Below are positions 54,177 through 63,963 of a stretch of DNA of 64,000 nt, piece by piece. A model generated the notes under the pieces. The model worked only from the letters and a program-made list of their open reading frames with translations. It was not told where the DNA came from and made no database searches. Location: IMG/VR virus record IMGVR_UViG_3300027848_000009, positions 1 to 64,000 of that record; one strand, written 5' to 3'. Positions within the stretch are counted from its first letter, which is position 1, and each line of letters starts with the position of its first letter. A program made the position numbers and the translations under genes. This stretch comes from a virus.

Positions 54177-55844
54177 CTACAGGATTTTTTCTGATTTACC
54201 TTGCGGGGGATTTTGTTGGGCACTTTTCCAACGATTCCTTACATAGTTGGAACCGGTCGACCCAAAGAAGTCATCAAACGACTTGTCATCATTGATCTCA
54301 AAAGCACCATCTCGCGTACGCTTGGCAATGAGCGACGGTGGCTGAACACTATTGTTCCACAGGTAGAAGTCATCAAACATATTGGACGTAATCTGACGTG
54401 GAACAATAGGCTGCAACTCTCCAGCAATTTGGCTACCGAACCACCCCGGGAGAACCGGACCACCAGAAGCCTTATTTATTGCATTGCGAGAAGCTAAGCG
54501 TCGATCGGCCTCAGCGCCCGGAATGTAGACAAAGTGCCCAACCGTCGCGTAACCGTTGTTTCTCGCCCACTTCAGGTGCTCTGTCCGCTTACCCGTTCCG
54601 GTAACGACCACGTCCGTGCCCGCCTCACGGGCAGCATCCATCGCCCTGTCCGTGACGGCCCTCGAAGCAGGGTGAACTGCCGCAGCGCCACGACCACCGT
54701 CCCACCCCTCAAGTTGAGTCTTGATCCAGTCCGGATCAATGAAGGCAGCTGCATTGGACGCTGGAACATCCAGAGTCCCATCCTCGACAAGAGTGGTTTT
54801 TCCTGAGCCGGTTGTTCCGCCAACAAAATGTAGCGTCCTAGCGCCGCCCGGCTTGTTTCTGTGCTCAGGGGCGACCCGATTGATGATTTTAGATGTCGCT
54901 TCTCGGCCACCAGAACCGACCCTGCCGGACCTCATGCCTGAACGGAGTTCTCTATACTTATCTACCGTGTCGCCACTCAACGCCTTTCGGACGCTAGGGG
55001 GAGCCTCTGAGTACCAGCCGGGATCACTGGCGATCAGTTTCTCCCAAGACGCCGCTGACGACTTCTTCGTCTTCGTTGCTTTCTTGACCGCTTTCCCAAC
55101 TTTTCGTACCACTGCAGGTCGCTCGAAAGCTGTTGAGTCCTGAATCAGGCCGTCGTTGTCCCCATCGAGGGCCTTGGGGTCGTATGGCTGAGCGGAGCGG
55201 AGCGCCCTGCCGAGAGACTTGCCATACAACTCTTCGTTGAGAGAAACCTTGCGGCGCGGCTTTTTCTTACCGAGCCTGTCCTGCTCTTCTTCAAGGATTC
55301 GACGGGCCCTTTGACGTTCTAGCCGATCCCGGTATCTCCTGCCCAGCGCGGTCGATCCAGTGCGTCGAGCGTAATCGGTGATATTGCTACACGGTGTCCA
55401 TACTGTATTTCCGCCGGTGGAGCGGCGACGAGCTACCCCGATGCAGCCCATTTGGCGAGCACGCCTGCGGGCGGAGTTTATGTCAGTGAAAACGTCCTCG
55501 TCTCCATCGAATGGAATGGAGGACGCAGCTTTGCCTCCAACTGCTCCTGAAACAAGGCCGCCGCCAGACATTGTGTCGATTGCAATGACGCCACGCTCGC
55601 TGAGTTCTTCCCAGTTCTTTTTGTTCTTAGATTTCTTTTTGCGGCCCTTGCGTTCGCGAACGCTTTCGTAATCACGCATTCTAGAAAGGACAGACTTTTT
55701 TTCCTGTTCGTTTTCGAGACGCTCGTACTCTTCGTGGGTTTTGCAAGCCATCCACGTTCCGTTTGGGTGTTGATGAGCACCAGCACAGCCGAGTTCTTTG
55801 GCTCGGCGCAGAGCCGCTGCCCTGTTTGCGGTGTCTCCGGACAT
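54177..55844 (-). CDS. head-associated multidomain protein: two DUF3721-like Cys modules + zeta-toxin (P-loop kinase) domain
   Basis: RAKELGCAGAH...WMAC and RARQMGC.G...WTPC; GGTTGSGKT, IDPDWIK, DVVVTGT, R...GG..LP, LWNNS. Confidence 0.75.
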   Translation of the reverse strand: MSGDTANRAAALRRAKELGCAGAHQHPNGTWMACKTHEEYERLENEQEKKSVLSRMRDYESVRERKGRKKKSKNKKNWEELSERGVIAIDTMSGGGLVSGAVGGKAASSIPFDGDEDVFTDINSARRRARQMGCIGVARRRSTGGNTVWTPCSNITDYARRTGSTALGRRYRDRLERQRARRILEEEQDRLGKKKPRRKVSLNEELYGKSLGRALRSAQPYDPKALDGDNDGLIQDSTAFERPAVVRKVGKAVKKATKTKKSSAASWEKLIASDPGWYSEAPPSVRKALSGDTVDKYRELRSGMRSGRVGSGGREATSKIINRVAPEHRNKPGGARTLHFVGGTTGSGKTTLVEDGTLDVPASNAAAFIDPDWIKTQLEGWDGGRGAAAVHPASRAVTDRAMDAAREAGTDVVVTGTGKRTEHLKWARNNGYATVGHFVYIPGAEADRRLASRNAINKASGGPVLPGWFGSQIAGELQPIVPRQITSNMFDDFYLWNNSVQPPSLIAKRTRDGAFEINDDKSFDDFFGSTGSNYVRNRWKSAQQNPPQGKSEKIL

Positions 55845-55846
55845 GA

Positions 55847-56215
55847 TTAGGACTCGTTATAGTTGTAGTCCATCGAAAGACGAGCTACTTTCGGGTCGCT
55901 GATCTTCAGTTTCTCAAGTTTCGCTGCAGCCTTTTGAGCCTCAAAGGTCTCGTAGCCGTATCGCTTCCGGTACATCTCTGCTTCTTCAATTTGATCTTCG
56001 TAGTCTTCCCCAATGGCTGCGAACAAATCGTTATCTGGCGGATATGGCTTACCTGCCTCTCGTATTCGCATGATGAACTTTTGACGCATTTCTTGGTCAA
56101 TCGAAAAAGGCGGGTAGTCGATCGCGTGCGAGAAGCGTTTGTGGTAGTCACCGAACTTTTTGCGCTCCTCTACCTCCTCGTCGGTCAGATCAAGATCGTA
56201 GGTATTTACTGTCAT
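55847..56215 (-). CDS. hypothetical protein (possible partner of upstream ART domain)
   Basis: Tightly coupled downstream of the 1633-aa gene. Confidence 0.65.
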   Translation of the reverse strand: MTVNTYDLDLTDEEVEERKKFGDYHKRFSHAIDYPPFSIDQEMRQKFIMRIREAGKPYPPDNDLFAAIGEDYEDQIEEAEMYRKRYGYETFEAQKAAAKLEKLKISDPKVARLSMDYNYNES

Positions 56216-56217
56216 GG

Positions 56218-59200
56218 TTATCCTCTGGCTGCTTTGATCATTACTCTTGCTTCGATACCATCTATCGGCTGAGAGATATCAAGTACTGCGACCGTTCCGC
56301 GGTTATGGACAAGCACAACTTCGCCGTGATCGACGTAGTCGTATCCTAACATAGGGGCATAATAGCCAGCGTCGTGGGCGGACAATGACTGCATGTACCC
56401 CAGCGCATCCCACATTGGTTCGCGACGAGGGTCGTCTGGTTTCAACTTTGAATACTGATCAATCCATTGGTCATAAATTCTGCCCATATCTGACTGCTCA
56501 AGAAGTCCGGCAACTCCAAGACGAGTTTCTGCTTCTTTCAGACGTTTTGTTATTGCCGCCGCAGCGTTTGCTGGATCCTCATTTTTGAGAACATCGGTAC
56601 CCTGCTCAGAGATGAGCGATTCGACCTCTCTGGCCAACTTTTTGTGATCGTTCTGGATGTCATTGAGGTCTTTGCTGTCGATTCCGTTGCCGTCAGGATC
56701 AACGAATCCGACCATTCCCGTACCGTAAGCACCCCAGTGGCTACTCTTTTCTGAAGCCCAGTATTCTCCCACGCCGTAAGCACGAGCACCCTGACCCGGG
56801 ATGAAACGATCGTCGTCCTCCTTGTAGGAGTTGATGTAGCCGAGGGCCTTACTGTTCTCACGGCCGACGCCACGGTGGATGGGCGTCCATCCAGCATCAA
56901 TCAATGTTTCGAATTCGTTCTCCGATAGAAGCACCGGCTTACCGTTCATTTCCCCGTTCTCCCAAAGATTCAGGAGAAGATCGTCAAACGTTTCCTTGTC
57001 GATTTCGCCTTTGTCTCGCCCGATGATCCGAGTCTGAACAAAGGCGAGGAAGTCAATGAAATTGTCATCGACCTTCGGTTTTCCGCCTGCGTCACGGGCA
57101 AGTGGAGTTTTCTGACGTCGATCCTCGAACAGTTTGCGAATACTCTTCTCGGTACGCTCTCCACGCAACTTGCGTCGCGCCCTGCGGAGCAATCGCGCGA
57201 GCTTACGACGCGCCTTTTCGGTGGCAGCAATGTCGGACTGGGTGGCGGTACGACCGAGCAGAGAGTTCCGACGCATACGTCGGTTTTGGCGGCGCTGTTC
57301 GCGATCTGCATCGGGTTGCATGATGCGGTCGGCGAAGTCCCTCCGACGTTTGCCGGCCTTCTTCGCTGCCCTTTCGGAAATTGCACCCCCTACGGCGCTG
57401 GCACTTGATGAACGCTCATCGTTATAGAAGGTCGATTCCTGACCGAGGCCCACCGATGCCGCTGTTGGGACGTCCTTGTTTTCTTTGCGAGCGTCCGTCA
57501 TCACCCGCTTCTGCGTCGTGTCGTGGAGATGCTCCAGCATTGAGTAGTCGCCACGTAAGCGCATCTCGGCAAGAGTCTTGATGTCGTCTAGCTGCTTCCG
57601 CTTACTGGCGTAAACTTCGGGTGTGATTTCACCGTCTCCAAGACTTGAGTCAAGTGCTGACTGCAAAGTTTCCAGTAGGTCATTTTCCGGTACAATTTGA
57701 CGCATCTCGTCTGGCGTCATGCCGACTGTATATAGGCCGTCATCGAGCATGTTTTGACGAGCCCCATCGAGCGGGCCGTTTTTCGTGAGGTCGTAGAACA
57801 AGGCACCTTCTCGCGCCCTTGCTGCATCACGGACAGATGCTTTCTGAGCATCATTCAAGTTGCCCCAAACCTGACCGTCTCTGTCGTTGACCTTGGTTAT
57901 ACCAGCGACGCCTCCGCGTTTCTTCCGTGAGCGCATGCCGCCACCAAGGCCGCGTGTTGCAGTGACGTCCATTTGTGCTGCTTGGCGGTCGGCCCTATCA
58001 ATTCCTCTGTCGGGGGAAAAGCGGGGGGCCGCTTGGCGTGCTGAACGCATTCCATTTCCGGAGGGATCCTTTGGGGGTATCGAGTCGACCTTGCCGACCT
58101 TGCCGACACCACGATCCTTTCCGTTCTTCTTTGCGTTTCGTTCAAGATCGACGATTGCATCGCTGCCCCAGATCCGTCTGATCCAACGTTCGACATCGTG
58201 TTTTAAGGGCTTTCTGGGATTCCAATGCGTTCCCCGAAATAAAATACCTACTCCGATTTTTTCCTCGAACTTTGGGCTATTCGGTCCGGGCCACGTGCTG
58301 GTCACGTCGGTCCCCTGCTTCTTGGTCCAGTCGTACAGGCGGTCGGGAACAATAATTACCGACCCATTTCCGCCCGCATCGTGCAGAACAAAACCATTGG
58401 CCTCAAGCATTTTGAAGAAATTTTGGTCACCGGCCTCGATGCGTTTGTGTTGCGGACGTTTCGCCTCGCCGTTGAGGCCGAAGTAAAGTTCAACCGTCCG
58501 CTTGTTTGAGGTGTCGGTAATTTTGGGTAATTTTTCACTACTGACATTCGATGGATTGCCACTCGTTGGGTTCTTCGGGCTCTTCGGCGCCTTCGGCTTC
58601 TTCGGCCCCCTCCTTGATTGCAACCCGCTGATACTGCTAGAGCGACGCTCAGTCAGCGTGTCGAGAGTGTCATTCAGTATCTGAGAAAGACTAGAACGAT
58701 CCGAATTAGACATGCCATCCAAAGGCCCATCGAGTTCGAGTTGGCGCAGGGCTGCCCGGAGGCGCCCCATGAACTCTGCGTTCGAACCGTAAACACCCTT
58801 TCCATCGAGGACCGTAGCGGCTTCCACGACGGCACTACTAATTCCGTTATTCATTTGCGCGTAGCCACCAAAATTAACGTCGACGCCATCGAGTAGTTCC
58901 CGTACTTCTTTTCCGGTTGCGCGCTCCTTGGAAGGGCGCATGCCCTTCGATTTCCTTATCGATTCGAGACCAAGAGAGTCTTCGACACCACCACCGAATT
59001 CGTAGGTGTTGCCGCTGGGGGTTTCAACGAAAAGCGAATGGTGACCGCCACCGTAGTCGCCGCGGTTACCCCAACTTGCCTCTCGAAAATATTCGTATCT
59101 TGCACCTTTGAGAGGCCCCTTTGTGATGCGTCCACGAACGGTTTCGTCTTCTCCGGGTAGTTGTGCGTCCCAGCCGGTGCGGCGACGGGCTGGTGTGTAA

Positions 59201-61119
59201 TTGTTTGCGTTCTGCAAAATTTCGCCGGGGAATTCGCCGTAGAACTCTCGCACGTTTTCGAGAACTTCGTCGAAAACCATTTCCGTTTCATCGGGGTCAA
59301 ACCCGTCGCGCTCAGCCGTACGCCGCATGTAGTCGACGTTACGGTTGTGTGGGAAGATGTTGTCTGACTCACGTTGCTGCGTTGACCGTCTTCCTCGTAG
59401 GTCGCGTTGGAGTGCTCGCTGGCGACGAAGTTCGTCGGCGACAACCATTCCGTCGCGATAGTCGCCATCAAAATTATTGTCAACCCACTTTTCCCACTTT
59501 TGTGGAAACCATTGGTTTTCTATTTCGGTGGACGGGTCGATGCCGAGTTCGTCTCTAAGTTCTGCGAGGCGTTCATCCGTGGCGCTAATGTACGCGTCCA
59601 TCTCTTCGGGGGCTATGTCGTCAAGTGTGCGACGGCTACGAAGACCCGAGTACAGCTGGGCAATTTGGTCGTCGTCGAATCCAAGTTCGCGGAGACGCTC
59701 CTCGCGTCGATCCGCCATCCGCTTTATCCGTTCGGGGTCCTCAGGGATGATGTTGCCCTTAGAGTCTCGCTTGACTTGCCCGTCTGAGCGGGATAGGCGC
59801 TGTGAGCGCATACCGCCCGCCAGCAGCGGTTGCTCCCTGACCCACCGCTCCAACTCCGCGCCTGTCAGCAGCGGCCTATTTGGGTCCCTTGCCTCATCCG
59901 CTTCCATTTCCGCTAGCGATCGTCGAATTCCGGCGGCGGCGGCGGCGGCGAGCTTCTCGATCTCGTCGAACGGGAGGTCACCGGGGAGGTTGTCCCCGTA
60001 CTTCTCGGGGAGTCCGAGATTTGTCGGGTCGTCCCTGCGCCTCCGCGCCGTCTCCGCTCTCACCCCGGCGCCTCTGCGGGCCTCTTGTTCGGCTGTCAGA
60101 CCGAGGCTGCCGATTTTACCATCATCCCGTTGGCGCCGTTCGGAGCGACGGCCCTGAATCGATGAGCCATCAATGCGGCGAACCAAACTCGACTGATCCC
60201 CAAGCAGCTCCCGCAAGCGGTTCTCGTCGAGGGCCGCGGCCGGATTCCCGGCACGACGCTCCTTTTCGATTTCCATTGAATCGCCGTCAACAAGGGCGGA
60301 GACCCGTCGAGCCATATTCTTTGGGACAGTGAACCGTGGGATGATTGGACGTTCCATTCCGGGCACGCCCTCAAATACGATCCCGTCACTGTCCCCATCG
60401 ACCCGTCCGGTGATGTCAACGAAAGACATTCCTCGCGGTGCGGAACGAAGACCGCCTCCAACTTTTGGTCCAAGCGCTTTGACCTCTGGTTCGAATGGGC
60501 TCAGGCTGTATCCGCCGTGATTTAGGAGGGACTCAGATTTTGCTTTGAGTACTTCCTTGACTGTGCGGCGAAGAATCCCTGTTCCGTTCGCCATATTGGA
60601 AAGATCGCTACCTAGGTGCGGGTTATTGTCCCTCGACTTGAATCGCATTCCCTTGGTCTCGATTCCGAGACCATCAACCCGAACCTTGGCCATAACCGAC
60701 GAACGTGCGGTTTCGTTGAGCAGCGAGCGGACCTTGAATTCGACTGCGGTTTGGAAATGCTCGTCAGGGAAGAACGAGAGAGGGACGCCCGACATGTCGA
60801 GAATTTTGGTGTTCGCCCGAGTTTTAAATGAAGCCACGTGGACCATGTCATCTCGGTTTGGGAGCCTGACATCGAGATTCCCATCGATCATTTCGGCAAG
60901 AAGAGGCTCTTCCGACGCCGACAAGCCTCGGAAGGCGCCGACTTCGATCCCGTATGGGAGTTCGTCTTCGATGCTTTTTGTTTGGATGTCGTTATACGCT
61001 TCCGCCCATGCTTCGCCTTTCGCCGAAAGGCCATAACAGGTTTCAGCAACTTCATCTCGAACGACTAAGCCAAACAGCTTTCCCGAAATTTTGTCTTTTA
61101 CGATTGCGTACTGTTTCAC
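56218..61119 (-). CDS. 1633-aa polyvalent protein with C-terminal ADP-ribosyltransferase-like domain
   Basis: IHRG...G.RAYGVGEYW...GAYG...LGYD....EVVLVHNR; DGDSDG motif; repeated G-x-R-S linkers. Confidence 0.7.
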   Translation of the reverse strand: MKQYAIVKDKISGKLFGLVVRDEVAETCYGLSAKGEAWAEAYNDIQTKSIEDELPYGIEVGAFRGLSASEEPLLAEMIDGNLDVRLPNRDDMVHVASFKTRANTKILDMSGVPLSFFPDEHFQTAVEFKVRSLLNETARSSVMAKVRVDGLGIETKGMRFKSRDNNPHLGSDLSNMANGTGILRRTVKEVLKAKSESLLNHGGYSLSPFEPEVKALGPKVGGGLRSAPRGMSFVDITGRVDGDSDGIVFEGVPGMERPIIPRFTVPKNMARRVSALVDGDSMEIEKERRAGNPAAALDENRLRELLGDQSSLVRRIDGSSIQGRRSERRQRDDGKIGSLGLTAEQEARRGAGVRAETARRRRDDPTNLGLPEKYGDNLPGDLPFDEIEKLAAAAAAGIRRSLAEMEADEARDPNRPLLTGAELERWVREQPLLAGGMRSQRLSRSDGQVKRDSKGNIIPEDPERIKRMADRREERLRELGFDDDQIAQLYSGLRSRRTLDDIAPEEMDAYISATDERLAELRDELGIDPSTEIENQWFPQKWEKWVDNNFDGDYRDGMVVADELRRQRALQRDLRGRRSTQQRESDNIFPHNRNVDYMRRTAERDGFDPDETEMVFDEVLENVREFYGEFPGEILQNANNYTPARRRTGWDAQLPGEDETVRGRITKGPLKGARYEYFREASWGNRGDYGGGHHSLFVETPSGNTYEFGGGVEDSLGLESIRKSKGMRPSKERATGKEVRELLDGVDVNFGGYAQMNNGISSAVVEAATVLDGKGVYGSNAEFMGRLRAALRQLELDGPLDGMSNSDRSSLSQILNDTLDTLTERRSSSISGLQSRRGPKKPKAPKSPKNPTSGNPSNVSSEKLPKITDTSNKRTVELYFGLNGEAKRPQHKRIEAGDQNFFKMLEANGFVLHDAGGNGSVIIVPDRLYDWTKKQGTDVTSTWPGPNSPKFEEKIGVGILFRGTHWNPRKPLKHDVERWIRRIWGSDAIVDLERNAKKNGKDRGVGKVGKVDSIPPKDPSGNGMRSARQAAPRFSPDRGIDRADRQAAQMDVTATRGLGGGMRSRKKRGGVAGITKVNDRDGQVWGNLNDAQKASVRDAARAREGALFYDLTKNGPLDGARQNMLDDGLYTVGMTPDEMRQIVPENDLLETLQSALDSSLGDGEITPEVYASKRKQLDDIKTLAEMRLRGDYSMLEHLHDTTQKRVMTDARKENKDVPTAASVGLGQESTFYNDERSSSASAVGGAISERAAKKAGKRRRDFADRIMQPDADREQRRQNRRMRRNSLLGRTATQSDIAATEKARRKLARLLRRARRKLRGERTEKSIRKLFEDRRQKTPLARDAGGKPKVDDNFIDFLAFVQTRIIGRDKGEIDKETFDDLLLNLWENGEMNGKPVLLSENEFETLIDAGWTPIHRGVGRENSKALGYINSYKEDDDRFIPGQGARAYGVGEYWASEKSSHWGAYGTGMVGFVDPDGNGIDSKDLNDIQNDHKKLAREVESLISEQGTDVLKNEDPANAAAAITKRLKEAETRLGVAGLLEQSDMGRIYDQWIDQYSKLKPDDPRREPMWDALGYMQSLSAHDAGYYAPMLGYDYVDHGEVVLVHNRGTVAVLDISQPIDGIEARVMIKAARG

Positions 61120-63080
61120 TTTTTACCTCCAAGCGCGATTACAATTTGTTCACGCTGGTTTTGAAGAATATCGATTCTATTTTCTACAATAGTCGAAACA
61201 ATATTCAGGTGGGTTTTCTCGGCGGTACTCAACGACCCATCCGAATAGAGCCGATTCCGGTATCGCGTGAAACTAAACTTTCGCGCTTTTTCCAAAAGTT
61301 GAAATACTTGCTGCTGCATCTGACGTTTTTGCGACTCCTTCAACTCTCTATAATACTTGCTGTACACGCCTTCAATATTGACCGATTGAAACTTTCGTAT
61401 GCGGGCTTTTGTTCTCTCGCTGATTTTGATTTCATCCAAATCGTAAAGTTCCGACTGAGCAAACAGTGGAACAGCAGTAGCCGTGTCGCCCTTTTTGAGA
61501 ATGGCGATCGAATTTAGTTTCCGATTGGTAACGTCAGAAAGTAGGTCTGCGACCAGAAGTGCTGCCACTTGGTTCGTGTCAATGTCAGAAAGCGCAATAT
61601 CTGTTGTCAGTTTGGAGCCATCTACGACCGACTCTGGCGACTCGATCAACAGATTTTTCTTTGCCCCAGTGCCGGTAATCCCGTAGTCGGGTGTATCGAT
61701 GCCCAAAAACTTCTGCACTTCAGCGGAAAACCCGTGATTAATATGATCGTTGGGACGTGTCGACTTGCGAAGAGCGTAAGACTTTCCTGATGTCGAGGTG
61801 TACAGATTCCCTTCTCTCTTGAAGATATTTGCTTCGCGAAGTGCTGCCTGCAGGATCGACGGACTGATTTGCGAAAGAGGCCCACCTTTTTTGATGATTG
61901 CAGCAGCTTGGCTTACATCTGTCACATCGTCCGTCGGCGAAGCAGGCTTCTTGGAGGCAGCCGTCTTTGGCTTTTTTGCTTTCTTGAACATGTCCCCGAT
62001 AGTTTTACCTGTGGGGAGTTTCTCCGTGTAGGACATCCCGTCGCCGGTTTCTTCAACTAGGTATTTTAGTCGCGCTGCCGGGTCTGAACTGTTGTCTGTT
62101 TTGATTGCCTTGTTTACTGTTCGACCAAGTTTTCGACGTTCACCAACAGTAAGTTTTCGAACCTTTTTGATTTCGACGACCCCACCGTTGTTCAGGACAT
62201 ACGTCACGTTGGTTACACCAGTATTCGACATCAGGCCAAGTTCTTCCCCACCGAAATTGTCGACCGACTGCAACCGCATGACATAGGTTGCATCCTCCAT
62301 GTCACGGTTGTCTGGAATTGTTCGTAGAACCGCGCTACTCACAACTGGTTCCAGAACGAAACTGTCTCGTCGGACAAGGCGAACAGCGTCTCCATCAACT
62401 TTGCTCATCCCTTTGATGATTTCGCCAACCGCCTTATCGCGGGCGACCGCATTCGTTTTTGGCGAGACCCGAGGAATTTGTGGACGTCGAACCGTCGTTA
62501 CATTGCCCACGCCCGGGGAGCCAGTGATTGGATCGCCCTCAACGGTGTCGACTTGCATAGCACGCGGACCCCTGAGCGCCCTGCGAATGGCGGAAATTGC
62601 CCGACCGAGCGGTCCGGGAAGACCGAACAGTTTTGCTCCACACGTCGACAAACGGTTATCGGTGAAACGGCCACCATACTGGTATCCCTCTGGACATCTG
62701 CTTGTTCCGTTGCCGGGAGACCTGCGCCGTCTCCCACCCCCGCCGCCGGGAGTAAGTGCCCGCGCGATTCCGGAGCGAATGGGGCTCCTGTAGGGGGAAA
62801 TGTTTCCCGGAAGGATTGCTGATCCGACCGACTGGGCGGCCTGTCCGGCCCGGCTACTTGACCCGATGAGCCCAACGCGCTTTACTCGGTAGTTGCCATT
62901 GCGGACCGAAAGACCCTTGTACTCGATGACTTCTTCTAGTCGGGCGCCGACTCCACGCAGATACGGCGTGTTGACTTTCGTGTTCAGATCGACCAGTATC
63001 ACCCTTTTCACGCTGATGGCTGGACACGCCTCGCATCCTGTTTCTTTGTCGTACAAGAATGACTCAACCATCATGCGCAC
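61116..63080 (-). CDS. head-associated protein with degenerate HipA/PI3-4-kinase-like C-terminus
   Basis: RCPEG..YGGRFTD..LSTCG; SAEVQKFLGIDTP, LVADLL....RK.NSI. Confidence 0.55.
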   Translation of the reverse strand: MRMMVESFLYDKETGCEACPAISVKRVILVDLNTKVNTPYLRGVGARLEEVIEYKGLSVRNGNYRVKRVGLIGSSSRAGQAAQSVGSAILPGNISPYRSPIRSGIARALTPGGGGGRRRRSPGNGTSRCPEGYQYGGRFTDNRLSTCGAKLFGLPGPLGRAISAIRRALRGPRAMQVDTVEGDPITGSPGVGNVTTVRRPQIPRVSPKTNAVARDKAVGEIIKGMSKVDGDAVRLVRRDSFVLEPVVSSAVLRTIPDNRDMEDATYVMRLQSVDNFGGEELGLMSNTGVTNVTYVLNNGGVVEIKKVRKLTVGERRKLGRTVNKAIKTDNSSDPAARLKYLVEETGDGMSYTEKLPTGKTIGDMFKKAKKPKTAASKKPASPTDDVTDVSQAAAIIKKGGPLSQISPSILQAALREANIFKREGNLYTSTSGKSYALRKSTRPNDHINHGFSAEVQKFLGIDTPDYGITGTGAKKNLLIESPESVVDGSKLTTDIALSDIDTNQVAALLVADLLSDVTNRKLNSIAILKKGDTATAVPLFAQSELYDLDEIKISERTKARIRKFQSVNIEGVYSKYYRELKESQKRQMQQQVFQLLEKARKFSFTRYRNRLYSDGSLSTAEKTHLNIVSTIVENRIDILQNQREQIVIALGGKK

Positions 63081-63721
63081 TCTCTGCAGTCGTCGTCTCG
63101 CGTGAACTCGTTTACGAGTTTTGTTCCATCAGACATCTCGACCTCAAGTTCCCAGTTATCGTAATCGCGGAGATAGTTGGCAAAGGTTGGCTCCATTGCG
63201 ACAAAGTCGGTTAGCACAGAAAATGCATGCTTGTAATCCATTTCGGTTACGACAGGTGGAATACCGTCGTCGAATCCAAGGCTTTTCATTTCTTGAAAAT
63301 CGCTAAAGAAGACATCATCGCTGTCTTCCCAGTATCCTTCGAGAGACTTCTTGCCCTTTTTGAACCGTTTCTTCATCCTGCGATTGAAGTCGCCGTCGCT
63401 CCAATTCTTCAGTTTCTTGAGTTTCCCTTTACAGTTCTTCATGGTTGGATGGTGGCAGCCTTCATTCGGCCACAAACCAGTAGTTTCATGATGAAGCCAA
63501 GCGCATATTCTGCTCAACGGATACAACTCCGGATGGTTCTTCAGGATTACCCTGCAGCGCGTGAAGCCTCCCGGCTTCCTCATGATTGGGCGCCAGTAGC
63601 GAAGAAGTCGCTCTAGGTTGCCGCGTCTTGGTCCACGTCCGCGAAGGACGTCGCCAGTGATACGCTCCTGAGGGAGGTCCAAAAGTATATCTTGAATTGC
63701 TTTGATCTCTAGATCAATCAT
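63071..63721 (-). CDS. head-associated protein (LxRYW...PGxFxRC...CAxLH..TGxWP domain)
   Basis: Motif resembles that in actinophage minor capsid/MuF fusion proteins. Confidence 0.65.
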   Translation of the reverse strand: MIDLEIKAIQDILLDLPQERITGDVLRGRGPRRGNLERLLRYWRPIMRKPGGFTRCRVILKNHPELYPLSRICAWLHHETTGLWPNEGCHHPTMKNCKGKLKKLKNWSDGDFNRRMKKRFKKGKKSLEGYWEDSDDVFFSDFQEMKSLGFDDGIPPVVTEMDYKHAFSVLTDFVAMEPTFANYLRDYDNWELEVEMSDGTKLVNEFTRDDDCRECA

Positions 63722-63738
63722 GATACCTACAGTTTAGT

Positions 63739-63963
63739 TTATTCAGTGCCTTCTTCGGCGTTGGAACCCGAAGTCAACCGCTTGTGCCGCTCTTGTGATG
63801 CAATGCGTTCTTCGAGGGATCGAGTTGCTATAAGTTTTTTTGGGCGCTGCGATTTAGGTACATTTAGAAAACCGTACCTGAAACTGTTCCAAATCTGCTC
63901 ATCTGTCTCGTCCCTGAATAGATTGGTATGAGAAGTGTAAGAAATGTTGTAATCGTTATACAT
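63739..63963 (-). CDS. hypothetical protein (may begin beyond the window)
   Basis: ORF at window edge. Confidence 0.4.
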   Translation of the reverse strand: MYNDYNISYTSHTNLFRDETDEQIWNSFRYGFLNVPKSQRPKKLIATRSLEERIASQERHKRLTSGSNAEEGTE

